Below, piece after piece: positions 25,395-39,586 of a stretch of DNA of 64,000 nucleotides. The translations under genes were made by a program, and so were the position numbers. Within the stretch, counting starts at the first letter, position 1; the number at the start of each line of letters is the position of its first letter. The notes beneath the pieces were generated by a model. It had not been told where the DNA came from. It did no database searches and worked only from the letters and a program-made list of their open reading frames with translations. Where the stretch lies: NCBI RefSeq assembly GCF_018977255.1, contig NW_024704743.1:45696001-45760000 (forward strand). The letters run 5' to 3'. This DNA is from Callorhinchus milii. Lineage: Eukaryota.

Positions 25395-25720
25395 CTGGTC
25401 TAAGCTGACACTCCAATACAGTGCTGGGGAAATGCTCCAATGTCAGAGGAAGTGTCCTTCGGATGCAGTTTTAAACCACGGTCCTGTTGGCCTGTTCAGG
25501 AGGATGGTTTGAAGATCCCATGATGCTTATGAAAAAAAGAAAGGAGTTTCTCCTGGTATCCTGGCCAACAACCCCAGATAAAATTGATCATTTACTTCAT
25601 TTGTGGTACATTACTGAGTTTAAATTGGTTGCTGCTTTCACCTGCAAATACACAGTTACTGCACTTTAAGTAAACCCTGTGAAGCACTTTGAGACATTTC
25701 AATGATCTGAGAAGATCACA
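25395..25720 (+). mobile_element. DeuSINE, headless (other partial copies near 28710-28950 -, 38200-39170 +, 40040-40380 +)
   Basis: gtctaagctgacactcc...aagatcccatg...tcctggccaa core. Confidence 0.72.
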
Positions 25721-27191
25721 TCACAATTTGAAAAATGTTTCTTTTCAAAGACTATGGGGAAAAAACAACTTTCAAGTTAAGACTGAACATAAGAATTCTC
25801 TGCAATTCAAGATCTTAAAAATTGAGATAAAAATGGTGGAATCTATGTGGAAATTCAGGCCTAAGTTCTTTAAAAAAAACCTTAGTGTTATCCATCAAGA
25901 AATACATTATAACTTAAGTTGAGACTCACTCAGTGTAGTTCAAACATATGACCAGCTTTAATGTATCTCATACTGAAAAAGTCAATACAGCAACATATTT
26001 TTAAATTAGTTTATAATAATAATAATCCTTGCATTTGATATAATGCCTTATCATGTCTTCCAGACATCTCAAAGCTCTTCACAGAATATACAGTAAAGTG
26101 AATTGACTGTTTTTTGCGCACAGCGGTGTCCCACAAACAGTTGTGGATTGAATGACCAAATCATTCTTTTGAAGGGATCATAATCATAAATCTCACTTCT
26201 GCAATGGACAGTTGCATATGTAACTATGCTTGAAATGCTCACCACAAAATGGTAGAAAAATAGGATCGGCGCAATGCCGCTTTTGATAACTTTGAACTAT
26301 GGGCAAGGAAAAGAAAAAAACATGAAATGATCTATTTTGCAGGTCGGTGGTCTGGCCTGCACAGCAATGGCCTCATAACCAGATGGTCACAGGCTTGTGT
26401 CCCAGGGCTGCTGGATACTTGAATTCACCTGCCACTGTTGCAATGAGTTTCATTAGTTCTTGGCTTGGCTGTGATGTGAGGTGCCTCGCAAAAGGTAAGT
26501 AATACATCCCAGGGAAGGAAACACAGGCATTGCCCGTCTTACCCTATTACAAGAGTTACTCCTGATGCTTCTAAGCATTGGCAGAGCCAAGGTGAAAGCT
26601 TTGTAGCTTGGAATGTTCGAGGTTCCTCCTTAATATGGCTGGATCAGGCACGGGACGGCCCAGGGGATGTTCAAGCTGGGTGCAAGCTAACACTTTGGCA
26701 GCAAATAATAAGCCAGAGGTGAGCTGAGCCAGAGCTCTGTGTTTATAAATCCAAATTGTACTCTTGCCCTTTCGATGCTAGAGCCTGGCTTCTCAGTGTT
26801 AGGCAGGTAGTTTCCAGTCTCTCAGTATGTTTCAGCAGCATGTAGCACTCACAGCCTGGTTCAGCTATTGCGGATTTCTGTTTTGATTACCAGCTGTTGA
26901 TTCATCGTGGCCTCCCTCCCTCTGCGTTGCTCTACCTTTAACAGGTGAGTTATATCACTTAGTCGCAGGGTGCCGACAGCATCTGTCAATTTGTAACTGT
27001 TCTCAATTGATTTTATTTCTGGTATTAATGGGATTTTTACATGTTATTTATTATTTTATTTATTTTCCATATTATTAATTTGGTATTTTGAATGGCTTTC
27101 TGTTTCAAAATATCTGCTGCTTCCTGTTTCTTGTCCTTTCAAAGTCTCTATTGCTGGGGCTGTTTTTTTTTACCCTTATTCCAGAAAATAT

Positions 27192-28020
27192 TACAACAAC
27201 AATTTGCATTTATATAGCACCCTTCATGCAGGGTAGCATTCCAGAGCGCTTGACAGTGGTGGAGTCTGACACTGAGCAGAGGGAGGGGGGAAGTGACCAA
27301 CAAAAAAGGAAGGACTTTAGGTGTGATTTGAAAGTGGGGAAGGAGAGGGAAAGGCGAAGGAATTTGGGGTGGGGGAGTTCCAAGTTTTGGGGCATAGTGG
27401 ATGAAGGCATGGCCACCAATGGTGAAGTGGAGTGGATGAAGGAATAACAGGAGGCTGGTGCCAGCAGAGCAGAGGCAGCGGGTGGTGGAGTGTGGGTAAG
27501 CAGACCAGAGAGGTAGGGCATCAATGGATTTGAAAACGAGGGAGTGGAGCCTGGCAAGGACTGGTGTGGAGGGGATATGAAGTTTTGTGCAGGTGAGTAT
27601 CTGTGCGGCAGAGTTTTGAATTAGTTAAATGTGTATGGTGTGTATGATGACGCTGGGGAAGGCAGTGCGGAGGACATTGGAATAGTCCAGCCGGGAAGTG
27701 ACAAAGTCGTGGACGAAGGGTTCGGCTCCGTTGGTTTGAGGTTCGGACGGAGGCAGGCAATGTGACCGAGGTATTAGTGTTAAGCGCAGCTTGGCAAGAG
27801 CCAAGGCTTGGGGACCCTAGAGTATGTATTGGGGTAGTACTGGAGTCTAACCAGCTAAAACCGCACAGCTTGGAAATAGGAATAGAAGTCTCTGGCACTT
27901 CTGTCACTTTGACCAAGGTTGTTTCTGTGCTGTGGGCAGCACGGAAACACGATTGGAGGAGTTCATAGAGGGTGTAGTGGGAGAGGAAGGAGGAAAGCTG
28001 AAAGCTACAACTTGTTCCTA
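27192..28020 (-). mobile_element. decayed, internally deleted L2 fragment
   Basis: [18 protein letters not shown] remnant near 27900-27960, FKSHLKSFLF near 27310, and an L2-type tail at 27192-27255. Confidence 0.75.
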
Positions 28021-28074
28021 GAGGCTGAGCTGGTTTTGTGCATAGAATTGCCCTAACTGGAGAATGGCCTACAA

Positions 28075-28225
28075 AAACAACAAAATTGCATTTATAGAGC
28101 GCCTTTCACGTCGGGAGGACGTCCCAAGGCGCTGGACAGTTGGGTCGGGACCCAAGCAGGGGGGAAATGGTCAGGTTGAGGGGAGGGAAGGAGCACGGAG
28201 TGGGTAGAGAGTTGAGAGGGGGGAC
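28075..28225 (-). mobile_element. short 3' UTR fragment of the young L2 family
   Basis: Reverse complement of ccctgaccatttcccccctgct...gtgaaaggcgctctataaat. Confidence 0.8.
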
Positions 28226-30409
28226 CCCTGTGACTGATCCCTGTGACTGAGTGATCAGAAGCAATAGTTGCTCAGAATTTCCTCTGATTGAGAAATAAAG
28301 GAGCAAAACTAGAAAGGTACAATATACAGCTCATGAGCAGGAGCAGAGACAGAAATAATGTAAAAAAATTGCAAGCAAAGAGGAAGATTAAATCAATTGG
28401 TGTTAAAATGCACAGATTAAAGGAAATATTTTACACAAAAACAAAAACATGAAAGAAAATGAGGAACACAGTTTTATTTGGGCCAGATGGGTGTCTATCA
28501 CATGTGAAAACCCATCACTGTGCTTGTGTGTCCAAACCAGATGTGCCTTCATTGTGGTGGGAGGACTTTCTCAGGACAGCTTGTGATGTGTCAGCCACCT
28601 TGGTGTTCTCAAGGTCCTACTCCAATGCTGCGTACTAGCTTTACTCAACTCCAATTACTTAATCCCTGTGTCCTCAGGTGAGGGTTTGGGCAAATAGACG
28701 TGCCCTTTTGGATACACTGTAAAGTGCATTGACTGGATATTTTGTGGGTCAACATGGCAGCCAATTTGTGCACAGCAATGTCCTACAAACAGCCATGAAG
28801 TGGATGGCCAGGACAGCAAGAGAAACTCCCTTCTCTTTTCGAATAGTGCCATCTTAACAGGAAGACAGGGCCTTGGTTTGATGTTTCATTTGAAGAACTG
28901 CACCTCCGACAATGCAGCACATCCCCAGCACTGCATTGGGGTATCAGCATAAATGCCAATACTTCACTGAAGGATACATCAGATAAGGTGGATGAGGTGG
29001 TCAGGTATCCCTTTCAAGAGGGATAGGGTGACGGAGTTCACTGTCAGCCCTAACTGATCTCAGAGTTGGAAAGCACATTCTGAATAAAATCTAACATTTG
29101 GACATGCATTTCTATAGCTTACATTGTCATGAAGGCTTTATGAAGCAAAAAGTCAAAAATCTTACAGAAATTGATAAACACACTGCAGGTGGGTTTCACC
29201 TGCTCCCCAACCAGCTCCATGCACTCCTCATGGGAACAAAATCCTTCCTGATCAAACCTCCCTCAAATCTACAGTAGAAGCGACATACATGCCGTTACTA
29301 CCCAAAGCATCATCTTAAGTACCAGCTCTGTTGGTCGTTTGGAAGTTACATGAGCATAGATTTTAATGTGCTCTCTTTGTCACTCAAACACATACAATCC
29401 AAAAAACACAATCCAAACATACACCCAATCATGATGCAAACACAACTCAAATGCAATTCAAACGCAGACACTCATAGACAATACAAGTCCACAATAAGAA
29501 AAACACACACACAGAGGCATAAAGACGGATGCATATAAGGAAACACTCATTACAGACCCTCTGGTTTTCCTCTTCTTCTGCATTACTTTCTGTTACATAT
29601 TCAAGACTAGACTTCATGATATGGGCTGCTTCCTTTCCTGTGCATAACAACAGCTGTTTCTTGTTATGTTAACAGTAGCCTAAAGTTAACTAATCTCAGC
29701 CAGTAAAGCAGTCAATTCACTACAAATGATCTGAGTTAAGCTGGTTCCCATGAAGCAGCACTCAGAAACCTTGCTCAGCAGATTCCAACGACTGTGACCA
29801 GAGGCTCCACGCTGGCTTCAGGTCCAACTACTGGTTAAACCCATGGGTTGTTCAAACCACCAATCAATACTTATTGCCTCATTAAGACCACAGTTGTGGG
29901 AACTTGATAATTTATCCCCAATGATAATTAGCACATCACATGTTGATTTTTCACTCCCTGTGTTATTTCTAATTAGATTTCCCCCCAGTTTCTCCGGGGT
30001 CAAAGATGCTATATAAATGTAAATGTGTTGTTGTTGTTGGTACAACATCCACTGCCAAACCTGATTTTGAAGCTAACACCTCTCCCTCTCAGCAGAAGCC
30101 GTGTTCTACTCTAAGGTTATCCTGAAGGTCAAGGGCAATCCCAAGCTGCTCTTTTCTACCATTAATCACCTTCTTCTTTCTCCTTCTCAAGCCTCCTGCA
30201 TCCTGAAATGATAATAATAATAGTCCTTACATCTGATATATCACTTTTTACATCAGAAAGATGTCTCAAAGGCCTCGCTGGATTTATGGCAAAGTGCAGT
30301 GACTGTCTGTCTTCTTGGGGAACATCTAATCCTCACTTGCAACTCCAAATGTCCTTCCAATCTTTAACTTCCTTGCCAGATTCCACTGCATGCCTGTCTC
30401 CCAGTTGGT

Positions 30410-30838
30410 TGACCAAGATCTCACCTACAAATCCCTTCACAAATGCCTTTGCCCTTGCCCAACCCTACCTCTGTGATCTTCTCCAGCCCTACTCTCTGCT
30501 CGTCCCTCTGCTCAACAAACTGAATTCTGCTGTGGGTCTCTCACTGAGTCCACTTCAGCATTGGCCACCGAGCCTTCAGCCACTATGCCCACAGCTGCTG
30601 GAACTCTCTCTAGACCTTCATCTCCCCCCTCTCTATCTATCTTGAAAAGCCATCTAAAAACCTACCACTTCGATTGTGCCTTTGGCCAACGCCTTACTCC
30701 CCTCTCCCACCCCCTCCTTCTTGGTGTTCAGAACCATCTCTGTGATGCATACTTGCCTGTATTTTTCTCCAGCCTGAAGTGCTTGGAAGCATTCCCCTGA
30801 AGCATTAAGAGGGATGACTTAAATGCAAGTTGTTGTAA
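30410..30838 (+). mobile_element. decayed L2 3' fragment
   Basis: PYLCDLLQPY and LKSHLKTYHFDCAF remnants; tail aaatgcaagttgttg. Confidence 0.7.
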
Positions 30839-31532
30839 TACGACTACTTATATATTGCCTTTTATGTAGAAAAATTGTCTCAAAGTGCTTTATAGGGGCA
30901 CTGCCAATCACTGAGCAAGGTAGGATCGGGGTAGGGAGGTAACCAAGGCAGCAGAGATTTCAATGCACAGGTTGCACAAAAATGTACAATTCTCAGTTTG
31001 GTTTCGGCATTCTTAAGCATGGTGATAGGATTCTACATGTGCAAGACACCCATCTGACCAAAATGAAAGAAGGTGACCAAATCCATGGTTGTGATCAGAG
31101 AAAAGGCAATGTCCTGGAAATGAAGAGCTCAGTGAGCTGAGTATGAACAATTGGAGAAGTTACAATACAATTCACAGAGGCTGATAGGTTGAGCAACATG
31201 CCACTGACATACATCCAGAAGCTGCGGCTGCAGATGATCTTACCAAAGGGGGATGTAGATAAGGAAAAGGTAGGACGAGGATAGAGTCCTGAAGTACATT
31301 CTACTGCACTGCAGGTGACTCTGCTTGACAGTCACTATTGTAAAATGCAGAGGCTGTTTTTAATATTGTATTAAATTATTATATGTATTTGATGTAGCAA
31401 CTTATCATGCCATCTAGATGTCTCAAAGTGCTTCACAGAATACTTTTAACACAACAGTGATGTGCAAATAGTCATCAAGTGAATAATCAATTTTACTTTT
31501 AAGCTAAAGTCAGTGCAATCGGAGACCTGACT

Positions 31533-32210
31533 TAGAATCATAGAATATTACAGCACAGAAGGAGGCTATTCAGCCTATCGTGCCTGTGCCAGCTCTTTGG
31601 AAGAGCTGCCCAATCAGTCCCACTCCCCCACTCTTTCCCCATATCCTTGCAAATTTTTCCTCTTCAAGTACCTATCTAATTCCCTTTTGAAAGTTGTTAT
31701 TGAATCTTTTTCCATCATCCTTTCAGCAATACGTTCCAGACCATAACAACTCTCTGTGTAAAACATTTTCTCCTCATCTCCCCTCTGGTTCTTTTGTCAA
31801 TTATCTGGTTACTGGCCCATCTGCCAGTGGAAACAGTTTCTCCTTATCTACTCTTATCAAAACCCCTCATAATTTTGAGCACCTCTATTAAATCTCGCCT
31901 TAACCTTCTCTGCTCTAAGGAGAACAATCTCAGTCTCTGTAATCTCTCCACATAACTAAAGTCCATCACCCTTGCTACCATTCTGGTAAATCTTCTCTGC
32001 ACACTCTCCAAGGCCTTGATATCCTTCCTAAAGTGTATGTCCAGAATTGGAGATAATACTCCAGCTGAATCCTAACCAGTGACTTATATAGGTTTAGCAG
32101 AACTTCCTTGTTTTAGTACTCCATGCCTCGATATATAAAGCCAATGATCCCGAATGCTTTAACAGCTCTATCAACCAGTCCTGCCACCTTCAAAGACTTG
32201 CGTATGTGAC
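31533..32210 (-). mobile_element. CR1 LINE 3' fragment with ATTCTATG-type tail
   Basis: tagaatcatagaat terminal motif; collinear with 6270-6810. Confidence 0.85.
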
Positions 32211-32683
32211 TTGGCATAAATTCTTGCAAAGATTGTTTCTGTGTTCCTACAATACTTTCTTGATTAAATAGATTTCAATGAGAAGTTACAACAGCTTTGG
32301 AAAACTAAACATTTGTGCTAATAATCAACAGAAGGGTTGCCCATTTGCTGTTACTCTGAAATGTCACCTCGAAAGAACTTCATCACCCTCTCTACTCCTG
32401 CATGTGACTATTAATCATTTCCTTAATAAATCGAAAAAAAGTCATTCTGAGGATTAATTTCCGCACTGCATTTCACAACTCACGTGTAGAATGAGGTGTA
32501 GTTTTTCTCTTTGACACACTGCAAAAAGGCTTTGCACAGAAAACAGTCATGGAGCCCTTATCATGCTTAACTGTGTAAAGTAGCGTATATATTGTTTAAA
32601 GTTCAATAAAAATAAGCTGCTCCATTCCTAGAATCAGTCAAATGCTACATAACCCTACATACATTTGCTCCCATTTTATCTTC

Positions 32684-33057
32684 ATAATAATAATAATCTT
32701 TGCATTTGATGTAGCGTCTTATCAAGTCTTCAAGACGTCTCAATGCACTTCACAGAATATACTGCAAAGTGAATTGTACATTTCGTGGGTGAAACGCGGC
32801 AGCCAATTGCGCACAGCAATGTCACACAAACAGTCGTGGATTGAAGTAACCAACTTATTATTATTTTCTTTTTTAATCAATTATTACCCCCGGAAAAATG
32901 ATCCGCCAATCGAGTAGCAATTGGGTTCTTACATACTGCTAGGTAAACAGAGGCATGTGGAGTAAGGAAACTTGCTCAACGTTTCGCCCTACTGGGAATC
33001 GAACCTGGGTCTCTCGCTTGTGAGGTGAGTACTCTAACCACTGAGCTACAGGACTCC
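32684..33057 (-). mobile_element. tRNA-derived SINE, long form
   Basis: Full reverse-complement copy. Confidence 0.9.
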
Positions 33058-35015
33058 TGTTTCTTTTTATAAACTGGTGTATGTGCAGATGTGGTTTTCC
33101 AATCTAGTATTGCACACTTACTTTCATGTGACCAAGTAAAAGCCTTAGACTTGCAATTTTGCACTTTGAAGCATGAACAGGTATCAACATCTTTATGAAG
33201 CCTGCATTAAGCACTACGTGTGGGCACACACATACAGAGAAATATAGAATCATAAAATGTTATAAAACAGAACTCGACCATTTTGGCCCATCACGTCTGC
33301 ACTGGTGTTTATCTCCAAACTAGAACAGTCCCCCTTTCCTGCTCACTTCTCATGCCCTTTATAATCCTCTTACACTTACAGAAAGCAAACATCTGCAGCT
33401 CACACACAAAGTTCAGTCCTCTCTCTGTTCTTCTCTGTACAAATCAAATGTTGTCAAGTGCGCAAAATCAGAGCTTCCTGATTTTACTTTTGTATGAGGT
33501 GACGGAAGGCTGCTTCAACCCATTCTTGGTATTTTGCCTGTGGCTGATAGTACGACCTGGCACAGCTGCAAAAGTTGCCTTTGGTCTGCTTCTGTCTGCT
33601 AAGGACTCCAAGACAATACCCCAGGTGAAGAGCGCTATATAAATCCAAGTTGTCATTGATGCTGCTTCATTCTGCCACTCAGAATATTACAAAAATGTTT
33701 CCCTGCTTACACATCTTCCCAGTGATGTACTATAAGGCAAGATCTTGGCACTATTGTTGCTTGTTTCCCACTGCAGGCTGGTTCCTTTATAATTTCAGCA
33801 GGTTTCCTTCTGATGGTTGGGTTACCATGTTAAAGCATAGCCACATTTTAGTCACCATCCATCAATCAGTGACACTCAGATATTGCAATAACATTGTTAA
33901 TTGTCAGCTTTTAAGAAGCTGTGCTGGACGCTTGGTTTATAGTGAGTCAAAAAGTAATTTGTTTCCACATGGCAGGGGGGTAGCGGGGTGTTGGTGGAGG
34001 AGGTGGCCAAGTGTAAAATACATTAGATTTAATTTATTGCTGTCACCAGCCAGGAACTAAATGAGGAGATTTGCTTGACAATTATATTTTAGGATTTGCA
34101 AATATTAAAAGCTGTAGCATTAACGGTCAGATGTTTCTAATGCTCTGACCATTTACACGTGATTATATTGGCCACCTGCAGATTGCTCTGCAGCCAGGTC
34201 GATTCCAGAAACAGAACCAAATCTTTTTTTACATTTTAATACATTTTTGATGCAGTCAATCATAAACCCTCAACCTTAATTTTTCAACCTCAGCTCATCT
34301 GCTGAGGCATTCTTGTAGGCTGAAGGAGCAGCAGAGAAGGGCCCTCCTTTAATATTACAAACATAGCAGCTGAAGCTTGTGATCTCCAGTCACACTGCAG
34401 TGTGTGAATGCCTTGTGGTCTCTGGCTTGTGCAGAAATCGAGCGCTGTGGCCGGTATCACTGCTAATGGCCTATTTACAAGTAGCTACCAGCAAAGGTCA
34501 GTGTCTGGTGCTTAGGGTCTCCCTGAAAAAGGTTTCACCCAAGTAAAAGCCAAAGTTGGTTTGTCTCACTGATTACTGATGGTCTGATTCTAATGACAGC
34601 TCTTGAATTTTGCGAGCAACACTGCTGATGCCATGTAATCTGATGCTATAAGTAATAATAATAATCCTTGCATTTGATATAGCGCTTTTCATGTCTTTGC
34701 GATGTCTCAAAGCGCATTACAGAATATACTGTAAAATGAATTGACCATATATTTGTGGGCGAAACGCAGCAGCCAATTGCGCTCAGCAGTGTCCCACAAA
34801 CAGTCCTGGATTGAAAATGACCAATGTATTATTGTTTTGTTTTGGAGGGATTATGCTGTATTTACAATGCAAATTACTTTGTATATAATAATCCCTACTT
34901 TTTTTTGCATTTGATATAGAACTTTATCATGTCATTGGAATGGCTCAAAGTGTTTCACAGGATTTTATTTTACAACAACTTGCATTTCCATAGCCATATT
35001 ATTTGTCCTGTAGCT

Positions 35016-35418
35016 TACAACAACAACAAGATTTCATTTATAGAGCATATAAGGACGTCAGGAGGACGTCCCAGGGTGCTGGACAGTTGGGTCAGGACCC
35101 GAGCAGGGGGCAAATGGTCAGGGTGAGGGGAGGGAAGGGAAGGAGCAAGGAGGGGGTCGAGAGTCGAGAGGGGAGCTGAAGGCACGGTCAAAGAGAAAGG
35201 TCTTGAGACCGGCCTTGAAGGAGGAAAGGGAGGAGGCGGCGAAGGCACTGGGGGATGGAGTTCCAGAGCCTCGGGGCTGAGAGGCTGAAGGCCCGGCCAC
35301 CGATGGTAGGGCGGTTGGGGCGGGGGATGTGGAGCAGACCGGAGCCAGAGGAACGGAGGATATGGGCAGGTAAGTAGGGGGATAGTAGGTCGGAGAGGTA
35401 GGAGGGAGCAAGGCCATT
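35016..35418 (-). mobile_element. 3' end of the young L2 family
   Basis: Reverse complement of about 5740-6190, with the (CAA)n tail on the + strand. Confidence 0.9.
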
Positions 35419-35801
35419 AGAGTTTAGTCGTTAGAGCACTCGCCTTGCAAGCGAGAGGATCTTGGTTCGATTCCCGGGCATGGCAAAACGTTGGGTAATT
35501 TTCCTTAATCCACACTCCTTTGTTTATCTAGCAGGAACCCAATTGTTAGTCGAATGGTAGATTGCTTTACCAGGGGTAATAATCCTTTCAATAAACAAAC
35601 AAACAAACAAAAAAAAAAATTGTTTTTAAAAAATTGGTTTCTCAATCCACGACTGTTTGTGGGACATTGCTGTGCGCAATTGGCTGCCGCGTTCGCCCAT
35701 AAATATATAGTCAATTCACTTTACAGTGTGTTCTGTGAAGCGTTTTGGGACGTCCTCCCGACTTGAAAAGCGCTATATCAAATGCAAGGATTATTATTAT
35801 T
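35419..35801 (+). mobile_element. tRNA-derived SINE, long form
   Basis: Head slightly clipped where it abuts the L2 fragment; complete body and tail. Confidence 0.88.
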
Positions 35802-35838
35802 CTGTGAAGTGCTTTGAGAAGACGTGATAAGGCACTAT

Positions 35839-36102
35839 GCTTCAGGTCTCTTGCACTTACCGGATCACCATTGGCGGTCGGGCATTGAACCTCTCTGCCC
35901 CACACACTCTGGAACTCTATTCCGTAATCCCTTTGCCTCACCCCTCTCTTGCCTCCATGAAGTCCCGTCTGAAGCCCTTCCTCTTCGATCATGCCTTCGG
36001 CCACCATCCCACTCTCACCCCCCTATCCTTCTGACCCCAACTCCAGCTTGGGTCCAAAACCCCTGATTGCCCAGGGCCCTGACATATACAAGTGTTGTTG
36101 TT
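35839..36102 (+). mobile_element. L2 3' fragment inserted in a SINE tail
   Basis: TIGGRALNLSAP...KSRLKPFLFDHAF remnant with (TTG)n end; it splits ggcactat|ataaaatgcaaggattatt. Confidence 0.7.
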
Positions 36103-36349
36103 GTATATAAAATGCAAGGATTATTATTATAGTGTCCATCTCAGTCTGGTACTGGTCCCAAGCAGAAACCCAGTTCTTCTTAAAGGCATTGATCTATACA
36201 GCCTCCATGTTGGGAGCGAACAAAGAATGCTCCACATATCCACAAATATGTAGGAAGAACATTTCTCCTAATCTCTTGTCCTGCTTTAAGCCTTTTAATT
36301 TCAAACCATTTTAAATCTTCTTTCGCTCTTATGATCCCACGTCTTAAGA

Positions 36350-36482
36350 TTTGCTTATATAAGATATATTTACGTATATCATATATCTTATATATAAATA
36401 TACAATAATGTGTACATTATATATATAAATTTATATGTATATATCATAAATTATATAGTATATATTATATATTTGCTTATAT
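36350..36482. repeat. TA-rich low-complexity tract
   Basis: Direct reading. Confidence 0.85.
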
Positions 36483-36529
36483 GAGGTTTGCTCACAATCA
36501 TGCCTGTCATCATTTTAAAGACTTGGATA

Positions 36530-36816
36530 GTGGAGTCCTGTAGCTCAGTGGTTGAGCACTCGCTTTGCAAGCAAGATACCTGAGTTCAATTTCAGGCAGA
36601 GCGAAACCTTGGGCAAGTTTCCTTACTCTACACGTCTAATCATAATCCCTCCAAAACAAAAAACAATAATAAATTGGTCATTTTCAATCCATGACTGTTT
36701 GTGGGACACTGCTGTGTCCGCCCTTTCACTTTACAGTATATTCTGTGAAACGCTTTGGGACGTCTAGAAGACGTGAAAAGCACTATATCAAATGCAAGGA
36801 TTATTATTATTATTAT
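36530..36816 (+). mobile_element. tRNA-derived SINE, short form
   Basis: gtggagtcctgtagctcagtgg head and (ATT)n tail; flanked by CR1-like remnants. Confidence 0.88.
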
Positions 36817-39586
36817 CAAATCTGTGTCTTTAATCTTTTTTGTAATCAAAGGAAGTTCACCTTTTCAAGCCCTTTCTCATAACATAGCTCTAAGTGCCAG
36901 AATCACCCTTGCTGAACGTCCATAAACACTCTCTAAATGTGGCTGTCCTTGTAATCTACTCAAAGGTTACGATAATATCTTTCATCTTAGTCATGTAATG
37001 AAGGTTATACTTCTAAAAATAATTGAATATGGAAAACATTCATGACTTGAAACAGCCCTGTAATTCTCAAGTGGCATTCGAAAGTCTGATGTGTGGATTC
37101 AGTCACACATATTTTGCACACTCAGTGCTTCCCTGTCGCAATTTTTATTTCTGACACAAACATGCTGATAACCACCAGTTGCTCTCACCCAGTTTATCAA
37201 TTAAAGGAATTGAGTGACCCTTAGCATTCACTTTGCCAGAGTGACACTTGAATACCAAACTACAAGTGGGCAGTGAAGCTGTTACAAAGGTCTTTGGGTT
37301 TTGTTGTATGGACTCGTCTGAAGGGAGTGGCAATTTCACAGAGTAAAAAACTATTTTTAATTTATTTGTGACAATAAAATACTTTTTAGGGTCTTCCTCT
37401 TCCTATTATTTCCTTCTATCCTCTCCTGAAAAAGAAGAGGAACTCTGAAAAGTGCTCTGAGATGCTACTCTACATGAAAGCACTATATAAAAGCAAATTG
37501 TTGTTGTTGAAGGGCTAATATTTGTTTGTTATGCCAATGTGCAGTATTGAAGCAAATAAAATATATTCACAAAGTTTAGCTTTTTCAGGAAAGGATAGGA
37601 GAGGAAAATAATGGGAAGGGGAAAACCCTTATATGTTCACAAAGTTTAGCTTGCTATACACTTTGCTACAAATATCATCAATTTTGGTAGCACCAATCCA
37701 TAGTCCAATAATACTAGTAATCCATACATTTTACATAGTGCCTTTCAGATTGGGAAGACATCTCAAAGTGCTTCACAGGATATACTGCAAAGTGAGCACA
37801 GTGTATTGTAGAGAACATATGGCTGGATAAGTATTGCAACGTGGATCACTTCACATGCCATGAAAACAAATCTTGTGCAGGTTCTACCTACATTCAAATT
37901 CACAATCCTAATAATAATAATCCTTATATTTGATTTTGTGCCTTTCACTTTGGAAGGATGTCTCAAAGTACTTCACAGGATATACTGTAAAGTGGAGTGA
38001 CTATGTATTCTGCGGACAAAGCATAAAGTGATTGACCAATTTTATGTGGGGGATTGTTGGTCAAGACACTGAGAGAAACTTCCTTTTCTTGTCAAATTTC
38101 TTGATACCTCCATTGATATGTTGGAATACAGTTTACATCAATGCATTGTGATGTTTATAAAGAAAAGTGGCAAAGAACTCACCAGACTCAAATCCTGGGT
38201 TCATTTGATAGCAGACGCATCTCTAAGACAGAAGATTATAGGCTCAAACCCAAAACTGGGTATTGAATTCATAATCCTGGATGACACTCAAGTGTAGTAA
38301 TGGAGGGTAGTGATGCACTATTGGAGGTACAGTCCTTCAAGTGAAGTTAAAGCTCATTTTCTGCAGTCCTTATAAAGAACTGGAATCTGAATCTTCTGCA
38401 ATCTGCCTTAAAGGCTAAGACTAGTGGAATTTTGAACCTCCCTTGGATGTGACATTAAATCAAAATTCGCCGATAAAATACACTGTCAATACATATTATG
38501 GTAGATTCGGTTAATCACCTTGCAGTGATACTATGTCTGAAACATACCTGGGTTACTGAGAATCAATTTAAGGAGCTATTGAAGGGACACTGTAATCAGA
38601 ATAATAGTAATAATCATAATAATCCTTGCATTTGGTACAGCACCGATAATGTTGAAATGTCTTAAAGCACTTCATAGATCATATTTAGTCATTGTGTATT
38701 TGTAGCCAAGGGAACGGTAGTTTCTAACCTTTAACTGTGAGACCGATACCTTCCCGAGGTGAAAGGCATTATATCAAAGATGAGGGATATCATTTTTAAG
38801 GCCCCATTTTCCTGTTCAGGTGGACATTAAAAATCCTATGACATTACCCAAAAAGAGAACGGAGTTTCTCCAATTGTCCTGACCAGCCACCCCACCACAA
38901 TCCTTCACTTCTTCCTTGTTTCTGCAACCTGATGGACACAAATTGACTGCCACACACAGACCTTGAACTTTCACACAACTTTTAACTGTTGACCAATAAC
39001 CTAAAAATCAAAATTTCATAGGGTGGGGAGAGAGAAGAAAATATAGTCCATTTCATTAACCTGCAAAATGCACAGTCACTACACCCTATAGTAAAATCCT
39101 GTAAAGAGTTTAGAGATGTTTCAACAACATGATAGGCGCTGTATCAAACGTAAGGATTATTATTATATACAGCACACTTTCCCAATCCTAAAAGACTAGG
39201 AAGACCGAGTTTAGTGACATAGTTATAGCCTGCCAACATAGACTTCCAGAACACAAAGAGGTTGTAAGTTCAACAGCAACGTAAAGCTAGATAATGCCCA
39301 TCAACAACAACTTGCATTTATATCACATCTTTCCTATAGTTAAATGTCTGACAATGATTTCCAGGGAAAGAGAGGGAGCCTGAATGTAAGAACATAAAAG
39401 CGCAGTCAAAGAGCTAGGTTTTTAAAAAGGTAATGATACTCCTTCTATAGATCATGTATTGTCATGTAAGGCATGTACACCACCAGTTCAATCTCCTGAG
39501 GGAACATTTGTCACAGCATAGTATTGTACTATTTACAGGGAATTTCACAGACATTTGCTGGAAATAAATTTTAAATGATAGAAAAC

